Part shown: positions 25,801 to 37,800 of the stretch, in pieces | Position numbering within the stretch: position 1 is the first letter of the stretch | Layout: the number at the start of each line of letters is the position of its first letter | Assembly: GCF_031769215.1 (NCBI RefSeq) | Contig: NW_026781865.1 | Span: 186,001 to 250,000, forward strand | Source: Ylistrum balloti | Taxonomy: Eukaryota | Length of the DNA: 64,000 bases | Reading direction: 5' to 3' | The notes under the pieces: generated by a model | Told to the model about the DNA's origin: nothing | Databases searched by the model: none | Seen by the model: only the letters and a program-made list of their open reading frames with translations | Made by a program: the position numbers and the translations under genes

Positions 25801-28800
25801 CCTCATTAGAATTATTACAAGCTCCTAAGTTTTTGTAAAGATATGCTGTTGTTACACAAACTTATCTCAGGCTGGTTTGAAACTTGACCCAAATATATTC
25901 AAGAGATCAAAGTTACATAACTTACTTTTATTTAAAAATTTCAATTTTCTAGAGACAGGGGCTTGTCTTTATCACCGTATTCGCTATTCATTCCTAATGC
26001 TTACAACCTCGCCAGGAAAATAAAGCTAGGCAACAAGAATGGGCTGTGGTGTGGATGATATTAATTTGTGAATTTTAAATCATTTTTGTTTAGCACAACC
26101 TCATGAACGTCCGATTACGGTTGCACAAAGCATACAGAAATATAACATATTGTTTTATCAATGATACTTGGTGTAGAAAATTACTTGTTTATAAAAGCAC
26201 TTGCAGTTTATGTATATGAGATGTAACTAAAAGACTTTCTCTGTTATATTGCATAAAGAAATCACAAACTGCAATAAAAGCCTCGTCAGAGTATAAACAA
26301 AATATATGTTTTCATGCATTGCACAATACAAATGTCATCTCCACAATATAGGATAATTCAGTCCTAACATTTCTTAAATTAGAATGATTGTAAGTATTAT
26401 ACAATACAAATATCATCTCCATTCCACGTGGATAATTCAGTCCTAACATTTCTTAAATTAGAATGATTTTATGTATGATACAATACAGATATCATCTCCA
26501 TTCCACGTGGATAATTATCTTTGAAACGAGATATATGGTAGCAAACTATATCATATTCAGTTATACAGTCATGTATTACTTTAATATTAGATCTCAAGAT
26601 GGCTTGGAGACAGAGGACATAGCAGAGGATGCTGAATTGATAAAATCCCCTAAAAAGAAAAAGGGAGAAAAAGGGAAACGGAGAAATAAACGAAAAGGTA
26701 AAATGAAATGAAAAGTTAATTCTATCGTGCCAAATTCTGTAATGTGAATATGTGGATATTCAAAACGAAGTTTGTCAAAGTATTGATTCTGCTCATTTAC
26801 ATTAGCTGATGTTTACAAAGACATGTTATGCAAGCACCTTCCTGATACGGTATTTGTAATGAAAATTGCTGAAACCATTTATGTTTATATAGCATATTGA
26901 TACAAAATCACCATAATAATAACACGACATGCCAATTTACAGACGGAGAACTGGAAGACGAGGAAAAAGAAGTGATTACTAAAACAGTACACCCAGCTAA
27001 CCTTTTAGTTCCCCAGTCAGAGCCTTTTGCTGAAAACGCATATTACTCTGCAGAGGTAAGATTTCGCCTCCTATATCCAGAGATTGCTGTAGTAATATGA
27101 TTTCATTATCTTGATACAACACGTGATGCAATAGCATTTTAATAACATATATCGTATCTTTATCCAGATAGATTAATTAAGAGGATTGTACAAAAAAACT
27201 AACTTCAAACAGCAACTTTCAGGAAATTCATAGTAAAATACCGTAGAGACAAATTATGAAATAAACCATAGGATTCGTTAGTGATGCGAGGGCCTAAAAT
27301 AGTAAATTAGACAGTTTCTAATACTCGATGATCAAAACTATATATACAGTCTGTAAGTTAGTTTTCTATAATGTTCAATAATTTTCAAATGCCCATTTCC
27401 GATTGTTTCTTATGATAAATATTCAAGAATGTGTTATACTGAACTGGAAATATACATTCAGGTAACAGATAATGAAATTTATGGGGGATATCTATATATG
27501 TGTTTATGAGGTATATATATATATCTATATAGTTCCGCTGTTTTTTTATAGGAAGAAGACGAACTTAAAAAACGAAAAGCTGCAGAGCGAAAGAAAAACA
27601 AACAACGAATTAGAGAAAAGAAGAAGAAAGAAAAACGGCAAGGTAATATAAAACATCTTTCAAAATCAACTGGATACGGTCAAAGTACGCTAAATACTCT
27701 ATAACTCGAGTACAAACCGACCTTAAATCAATTAAGAAAATAAGCCTGTAATATCTTATATGAATAAACCTGCATATGCTTCCTATTAAAGTAAATACAC
27801 CACGTCTTAGTTTTGAGTTTGAAGAGTATATAAACTGCAGTAAAATTGTGTTATTGATTCAAAGTCACCAATTTTCATTTTTGATTATTTGCATTACAAC
27901 TAGCTAGGTTGTTAACATTAAAGAAAAAAACACGAGTAAGATATAGTATATATATGAAGCAGTTTAATATCAAGCTTTTTTAAAATGCAAGCATGACGCA
28001 TCTGTTCAAACTCATTGCTTTGAATTAGTAAATCAGCTACATTACATGTTTCATTTTTGAATCGGAAAGATGCTATTTAAACATGGCCGCAAACATAAAG
28101 GCATGAATTTTGGAAAATTAAAGGTTGATCCTTAGATATGATTGTAATGTCACGTTCTTAAATGAGAACAAAGTCTACGGCAAGGGAACCACGATGCATG
28201 TTACTAAGTGTCAAACACATTTAACTTCATTCGCATAAGATAATTGAATATTTCCAATGAGATCATTATGCCGGTCGCAAAACTTTCCGAAAATCGTCGT
28301 CAACCTGAATTCTGAATTAAGCTGTCAGTTGTCGATATCTTGCACGGAAATCTTATGTCTTTAGTACAAAGAATACATGTGAAGACAAGAAAAACTTTAA
28401 GACGAAGACTTTGAGAGTGTTGTTTTATTGTTTAAAGATAAAAGCGCAGATCAGTTGATGGTAGAATATCTAGCTGCACAGGAGGAGATAGACTCAGTAC
28501 TAGAGGCACCCCCCAATAATGAAGAACTCCCAGATGTGTTCATCCACAAGAAAAAGAAAGAGTAAGTGAAGCACGTGGTTACACTTTAGTTGTCGTATAC
28601 AAAAGAGAACGCAATACTGCTTCAAATATGCATATTACAGTCACGGTTTCAATTGGTTTCAGAAAAATCGGCGACCTACGTGGTTGCCTGTATCAGGTCA
28701 TAGTAAATGATTACATTACTAAAATATTATAACTTCGACAATGCAACATTTTACAGAACAAAACACAAAATAACTTAATGTTATTGATTCGTTATTATGT

Positions 28801-31800
28801 ATAAAACTTATAATTAACCAATGTATATATGTTAACAATCAGAGCGCATATAGGAAAAATCAACAAATGAAAAATGTACAAATGAATTTGTACACACGGT
28901 GCTAATGAAGAATGAAAATACCATAAACATATATATCAAATAAATTATTTCGTTTATGTTTGCTTTACGGGAACAGAGATGAATTAATTCAAGTTTACAA
29001 CGTGTATTAGAAACATTCGGAAATGTGATACACATATTACAACGTGTGTTAGAAACATTCGGAAATGTGATACACATGGTACAACGTGTGTTAGAAACAT
29101 TCGGAAATGTGATACACTTGTTTCAAGGTGTGTTAAGTTCATATTACTAATTGCCTTTGATGTATACACTATCAATAAAGTACCTGCTTTCAATCCAGTC
29201 ATTACAGGGAAAAGTATAATTTGGAGCGAATGAATTTACTTTATATGCATGTATAAAGAAACGTTGATATACCAGCAAATCAGCTACGGATATCTTTATT
29301 CTGTATTTAAAAGGCCCATTTTTGTTAACAATTTATATTTAAAGAATCTTGATTTAAAGGAGTGCCTATGACCTGCGTAATTACCATGTTACGGATATGC
29401 GGATATTATCGTTGTTTATTTATAGTCACAATTGTTTTGTAACAATATTGATTTATTGTATAAGCAGAGCTGACACATCAAAGATATCATGACCAATTTA
29501 ATACTACAAAGATCCCGAATCGCATTCATTATTCATCGATACAACTATGTTTGTTTTTTGTAAGGAATCAATTGGTTTTTACCTTGTTTGTTTCAGGCCT
29601 ACTAAGAGTACGCTGCAAGGACATGATGTAAGTAGTCTCTACATTCCAATCTATTTGGCACTACGTGTATTGCATTGAATCATCTAAACATATCGTTTTG
29701 AAAACCAAACCCTTATATAGATATTTGGCTCTGTTGATATAACATACTAATCAATAATAATAAGTGAAAAAGAAAATGCGATTTGTCTCCAGAACTAAGA
29801 TTAGTGACATTGTCTCTTTGTTATTGTCGCATATTTCAATCTAACAAGAAATAAAAGATCTCATCTGCCAAGTATAGTCCCTTTGTTAGTTGTGTAATTT
29901 AACATTGCTTTTCACTTCCGAAACAAGTGCGAGTCACGATAGTGTTATCACACATGGGTCAATATGAAAGTGTGCAATCTATATTTTTTTCCAATCGAAT
30001 CTAACTTGTCATGAAGAGGACAACTATATGATAAAAGTAGCATACATGTCAATCATGACAAACATATGCGATATGAACATTGTTTTCTAAAGGTCTCAGA
30101 ATAACTTCAGTGTAAGATTTTTTTTTTTTTTTTGCGATTTTCTTATAGAATATGGCGTTATCGGCAGAAGAGTCCCTTAACGTAGCGCGTAGCAGGATGC
30201 ATGAACTCTTAGATGACGCTTTCTCATTGATATCTCCATCCGCCGCCAGTATCACTCAAAATCAACCACCAGAAGATGAAGGGTAAGTAATATTTGTATC
30301 AATGGCAAGCGAAAATATGGTTATATAAGATATAACGATTAAAGCATATCTTGACTTTGAATAATTTTGAATCTGAGTACGACACATTTGCAAACATCTT
30401 GGATGTGATAATAGAAAATGGTTACTATCAAATGTTTAAGCAGTTATCTCGTTTATGTAAAAAACATTATTTTCATGCAGTTTTCATTCTCCGAGAACTC
30501 AGAGTCCAAGGTCACCAAGGTCACAATTGATGTTATTGAACCAAAGGTATATTTTTCATGGTTGTAAACCGCATTGGTTGCATGGTAGTCTAGAGGCATG
30601 GTATCCACCAATACTTCAAAACTGAATCTAAGACGTATCTATGTTAAAATCTATGAAAGAAAATAGATATCAGGCTTTTAATATACGTTATGTTTTGAAC
30701 ACATTTTAGTGGTATTACGAATCCTCAACAGCTTTGTTACTTTATCATACCATGAACACATATACTGTACACGATTACCTGGTGCATGTATTTTATTCAA
30801 AAATCTTTTTTTCTCTCCATTTCATAAAACTTTTAATTCTTGTTTTTTATCCACCTCGTATGCACTCCTTTTTTTATATCATATGTTTTTGTGTTTGGTA
30901 CTTTTGATATTGCTTACTCTCATTACAAATTATTTGTTTGACATTTATTTACCAGTTCACGACTAAATGTATCGTATCATATCATTAATGGTAATAAATG
31001 TGCTTATACTCATTGTTCTCTTGAAAAATATCATGTACATGAACGGATATTAAAGTACTGGATGAAATGTATGATTGAATGTTAATTTCTTTCTTTGGGT
31101 TTTTAGATATTGTCGATATCATCAATACTTAAATCTGACACTGCAAGTTAAAGTTTTGTCAAATTTTTACATTAAAATAATTGTTGATGTCAGTTTTCAG
31201 AATGCTTCTGATATGTCCCCTTTACGTTATCTTGTAGCTCTCGTATCAAAGGAGGTGTAGAAATTACAAACGTATACTGAAATATATTGTAGTTGCATAG
31301 GACATCTTAGAAACATTTTGAAAACTATAACTTTGTTAAATATTATTTGCAAATCTCAGTTTGCCTGTTGCTAACGTGAACAACCCGTTTTAATTCCATG
31401 TTATCATTTCTCTTAATGCCTTATGGTAATACATGGCTTTGTTAGTGTTTCGACATCGTTTGAATTTTATAATTGATGGTAATGGTTATAAATCTGTGCT
31501 GAGATAGTATTTTGCTATTGTCTTGCTACAGGAATTTGAACAAAGTATACCCTGCTGATGTCGACGCTATTCCTATAGGGTAATAATTTATATGTGATAT
31601 TCTCAAGGAAAAAGCCCAGACTGTAAATATGTTCCATTCTTCATACCGAATTCTTCATAAATCATCCATATAAAAAAACCTACTACATTTACCTTTCCAT
31701 CCTCATGCAAATTCAATGTTTCCCTCATCGGGGAAAAATTGTGTTATTTAACATTCTTACTGAATAGAATGGACGAATTGAATATTAACTCAGATAAGTA

Positions 31801-34800
31801 AAAACTATTACAGTTTACTGCATCTGTTTTCTTTTCTGTTCCAAACATTCAAAAAAATCATTGAAAAGTTGGTCTACTCTTTTTAGCATTATATAATTAT
31901 CTTTGTAAGAGAAAGAAAAACGTTACCGATAATCTTCTGTTTTAAGTTGTTGATCATGCTCAGGTTTTCTTATTATTTGTTTTCTGTCTACGTTTCTCAG
32001 GAACAATCGCGAGGATTTGGAGTTATACGGGTAAAATCTGCATGGATATATATTGTATTGTCAAAATTCATACAGCATGCCAACTGTATTTAAGTAGATC
32101 TTGAGTCAGTTTTCTTTGATAAGAATTAACACAAGAATGAAATTAATTCTGAAGATAAGAATGATTTCCAAAAAAAAGACGAACTTGTAGGATAAATGAT
32201 GTTCTTGATTCACTGTATAGCATCCTCTCGCTCAGTCTTGCGTACTGAATGTATTATTCACAACTGACCCACAATGAGGTGTCGAACCCATACTCTCGAT
32301 CGAAACGAGAAAGGAAGACCCTGCTTTTTGTCTATTTAAAGGAATAACAGGGATTTGTCTTTAATATCACCTACTGTTTTCGTCGATTAAAATTTTGTTT
32401 TTATGCTGGAAATGAAATATGAAATGATCTATATCCGTTGTAAGTTGTAATACTGCACATTCTTCCACGTTGTGCATTTTTTTACTAAATATGCACGACT
32501 GTTTCTCTACCCTTTTCACAGTAGTTGCGACAAATTTCAGTCATCCATTATGTGGATATATTTCTGTGCAGTTTGAATATCAAATATAGGCTGAAAATTG
32601 CTTGTAGATTTTACTTCATGGTGTTGTAAATGACCTTTTCTTTCTTTTGTGAAAATATTGCATGATGTCATTTTTATACATTGTATACATCATATATTCA
32701 TTAAGAGCTATAGAAATTATACCGTTTGATTTTAACAATAGTTTGTCACTTAATCAAGCAAATAAGAATTTTGCTAACAAAGTGTTAATTGTTCACGATA
32801 CAGTTAATTAAATTGTGTAACTTTTCCCATACAGCCGGAGATGTGTCAGAATGGGAAAGTGCGTCAAAAATAAATCTGGGCGCTTGTGTTAGAAACATGC
32901 TTATTTACCCTATATTATCTACTGTGGTTACAGGTCAGAGGTCATACTTGTTGACTCGAGAGCTCCATCACCTTATTCTGGGTAAAATATCACTTCTCGC
33001 TTCATGTCACTGATAAATAGGTTTCAGTATGATTATCTGTCAATAATAGTTTAAAATGTGACTTCCGGATTTTCCATTGATAAATCATTGGTTTATGTTT
33101 TGTGTTTTATATATACCAAACTGTAGCTTTCCCTGTATGATTGATCAGTCTACCTTTATTTCTCTTAACATTTCTTCATTTGCTGATTCAGCAATTTTCC
33201 TTCATCTGTCTGCTTCAAGTTTTACCTCATGGTGTGTCCTGTGACTGCTCTTTTGCTAAATAATTCGTCAAATCTTCGGAATTGAGCTAATGAGATGATA
33301 TTGGTGTCAATCACATGTACTGTCATATTAGATACAACTAAAACGATTGTGGTTAAATACTGAGACTTTAATTATAACTTGTTTGATTTTTGTGAAACAG
33401 GCATGACATATTTCTCGCCCGATCATCGTCACCGGTTTCTAGGTAAATAAGTAATAATATTCCACTGTTCACACAGCGTAAAATCACAGTCACATACCCC
33501 TTTCGATCCCAGATGTTGTGAAATATTACAAAATGTACATGGTATATTGCACGATTTTAAAACACACACTCAAGAAATTGTTCACCTCATACATATGCTG
33601 ATATTTGACGGAAATATTGTATAACTGAATCACAAGTCAAACCAATAAGAATAAAAGACATGTACATCCGAATTGGTTCTGATAATGCAATCAGTTTAAA
33701 TCAGTCGCGTACATTTGTGTCAAATAGTTTATCAGAATGCTTAGTTTTTATATAATGAAATATCAAAATATGTTCATGGAATCAGGAATCCAACTATTTC
33801 AATTAAATAAGAAAAGTACACAACAAGCAAGCAAAGCCGCAGAACATTGAACACATAGGAAGATAAACGACTCTTGAAAGGCCAGTCATCGGTTACAACT
33901 TAGTCTAACATTGTGTAAAATTAGAGTTTTTGAAATCCTGCATTTAAGAACAATGTCATTTAATAATTTACACGTACCATTACAAATACATATCAATGGA
34001 AACTACGAAAAGTAGAAAAACATAGGTACTCAATCCTCTTTTTTTCATTTTGACTTTTTTGATAAGCTATCCGAATTCAATCTTTATGCTGTTTAATAGT
34101 TGTAGACATATAAACTGTATGATCTGTTACATATGATATGTTTTATATAAGTTACGATAATACACAGTATGCATGATACCGAAGAGTACTTATCCTTTTA
34201 TGCTGTATGCACAACATCACAATATTTTATATACTTCATTAATATAGTATCTTCAATGTATATATCTCCTGCTTTAGCTTTTGTGAACCTTAAATGTACT
34301 TCTCTATTATAATTCCTCTTCACAGCTCTGAATCCATCTCCGTACCGGAAGACACTACTTCCACAGGGTAACACTTTATTATGATCCAGGAATGTAGTTT
34401 TTCACAATGTCGTTATGCTGAAACACTCGTGGAGTATGCAAATCTGTACTGGTATATGTTGGTAGTTCACTTTGTAATTGTTATCAATTATGTCAAATAT
34501 GCATTTTAAGAAATGTGAATTTAATTTTCTTTCTTTTTTTTTTTTTGTGATATTTGCATGTACTGTATTAGTGCAGACTTGCTACCATGCAGTAGCGTTA
34601 GTATGTTGTTAGGTGCTTTCATGAACGATTAGATGTAGGGGCGTTGCTGGAAACCCAAACAGATGTGACAGTCTTTTGACTGTTATAAACCTTTTTAAGA
34701 TTTGATGATAGTAAAAAAAACTCAGTTGAGAGCACATTCAGAGACATATGTGTTTTAAGACTCATAAATCATTTTCATACAATCTCGAACTGAATTGAGT

Positions 34801-37800
34801 TCGTTAAGATGAATAGATGTATAATGTATATCGTATTTAAACCTCACTGCATGTCCTAATGATGAAAGATCAACACTTATATATTGATTACGCAGAGAAT
34901 CTCTGGGTTGGATGTGATTTGGTGCCCGTATAATTCATTATTTGGCTCTATTGTATCAAATTCCAAATATGAATTGAAAGGCTTTTTTATTTCATTTTTT
35001 ATTTGTGAGGTGTGGTGACCAGAATGATGTATCCTTATGTGTGTGTTTAAAGACAGTTCTCGGATCAATATTATATTTTGTAAAAGCCTTTGTATTGATA
35101 TAAAATCATACTCCGTGATCATATACTTACAGTTTGAATAAGATATGCATAGTTATCACATGATTGAAATTGACCCAAGTTCCATCCATCTGCCAAGGAT
35201 CTGTGGTTTAGCATTTGTTGTCATTACAACTTTTTATTGAGAGACTTCTTCTACCTCCATGATAATGACATTTCGTGCTTAGTACATACCCTATCAGGGA
35301 CGCAGTATTGTCAAATGTCACGTATTTTAAGGTACGTATGGTTTTATACTGTAAGATGATTGTCATTATCCCATTTTAAAGGTCAGAGGGGGTCAACACA
35401 TCGTGCTGAATGTTTCAAGTTTCTGCTAAATATGTTTTAGGTGTAAAGTAATTTAATCGTATTTTGTCTTTCTTATACTGTGTTTCTTCTAATAAATGCA
35501 AATACATTAAAATGTACTAGTTTCCTTTGTAGTCCAATGATTCTATTCATTTAGTAAGTTCTACTGGTGCATCAATTCCGTATGGTATGGAGTTATGATG
35601 TGTAACCTTTGATAAGGGGAAGTGCTAGGGTTAACGTTGTCAGGTCGGTGGCGCTTCACCTTAAGATGTTTTTTAAGCAGTACTGAATCACAAATGCCAA
35701 TGGTCTGTTGATCATAACTTAGTTCAAGCACTACTAGGATTTATTAGCGATATGGTTTACCATGTCGCTTACGTTTATGGGTCACAAAAGGGGAAACGTG
35801 TATTTGTATTCATCACCAGTAGGACTATGTTGTTCTCAAACAGCTCTTACTTAATAAGCAGGAATTATGATTTTATGAGACACGTGATTAAAAACAGCTT
35901 GGCATTTATATACATCACTAGAAATAAATATTCTTCTGTACGTCGAAAGTATCACACCATTATCCGTCACATTTAACCGCCTTTGGCTATTTTCACTTTC
36001 ACTGGGCGCATAGCTGAAAGTAGTGAATACATTTTATTAACATATATGTTAGTGTGCTAAAATTCCACCAAATCGATGTTCTCACTATGAAAAACGCTTA
36101 CTTGTATTTATCACAGCAACAAAATGTTAATCTTTCTATAACTTTATTAGGTTTTAATAATCGCTTTAACTCATGTCTCGACTAATCAGCACCATGTTGA
36201 AAATGTTTTTGTTTCAGGTTTGCGGTATGTTATTCCCGTTAATTGTATCGTATGCAAATACACTTTATAACATTTTGGCCATGAACTTTAAGCTTGTTTC
36301 TTTTGTTTCAGATCCTACGATGTTCGGGGTTCAAGTAAGTAGCTGAATTTTATCGATAGATAACTTACATTTTCAGTCAATTTTTATCGGTTATAACGTT
36401 TAGAATTTTCCAGGTATTTTAAGAGTATATAGGGTGTATGCTAAAAGATACGGGTTTTGACGTATTCTATGACGTGCTTCCATTCTTCCAAATACCATCA
36501 GTGAATTTCATTAGAAATTGGACACACGAAAAACAATATGTTGAACAATGTTGTTTTCTAATCAGTATTGATAACATCTTTATTATTTTGTCAACTACAT
36601 GTTTGATGGAGTGAAATAATTTGTTACAAACTCAAAGTATGATATGCAATATTGAATGTTTATTTTTACAAGGTACTACGAAGCATAGCCCATTGAAAAT
36701 GGAGTCTTACAAAGGTGAACCAATACTACAGACATGGAGTCCATACCGTGCGGCTGACCAGGTTGCTCTAATATCCATGCCAAATAAGATGGTAAGTTCC
36801 AGGTTTGTCAAATAGAACATTTACAAAAATGATTATCACAATTAATTCCGTTTTTAGATATGAAAAAGATTTTGATCAGGGAAACTACCTATCAATTAAT
36901 TTTCATAGGATAACTTTGTAATGGTTAATTATTTTTATCGGGTGTTGAACTTTGGGATGATGTTAAGGTGTAGGGCAGTAGAATACGTTAAATTTCACTG
37001 TAGGATGCAAAAATAACATCCAATATACTGATTCAATCTCCTGAATCTTAATTAAAATTCAGATTCGATGGAACTACGTCAAAATACAAAAAAACAAAAG
37101 GAAAAAGCATAAGGAAAATAGGATCAGTTTTGTATGACGTCAAGTGCTCTTATTATCCCTACGTTGATGACGTCATAGGGACGCATTTGTTTAAAATAAT
37201 TGTCTGTGTCATACATACATCAAAAATTTGTTTAAAGTTAAATCAAGCCTAGTTTTTGAGCTTTGTAGCATGTATTGTGTTGCCGGAAAGCACAGTAATG
37301 AAGTAATTCAATTAAAAATGTTGGAATAATTTTCCATGACTAAATCAATGGTATATCGCCGTTGTTTGTTGAATAACCGAAATTTTGTTTTGATTTTAGC
37401 AAACAACCATTGGCAGAACACCAAGCGGTCGAACTAAACGCCCTGCAGCTGATTTAGTAGGTAAAAAATCCAAAGACAGTGTTCCTAAACCAGCATTCCT
37501 TAAGTCTAGAGATTTAATATCTAGCAAAGGAAGTACTGTAGATCTCTCCTCAACAAAATCCCAAAATGGTGACGTCGCCAATAGGACAAGTAAAAGTAAA
37601 TCTGTTTCATCTGAAAACACAGACGAACAAGAAGGGGAGACAACTGAGGTTTTACAGTCAAACGATCAATTTGAAGACTCAAAAATAAGTAATGAAAACG
37701 CAATGTTACCATCAATAAGAGAGAGGAAATTGGCAAAAGCGGCAAAGAAACGTGCAAAAAATGGAGGAGGAGGTGGGATTGAAATGAAACTTTTGAACGG

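Noticed and set aside
28832-29202. Minus-strand ORFs with 14-aa Cys-containing repeats
   Set aside because: They are products of the 42-bp intronic repeat.
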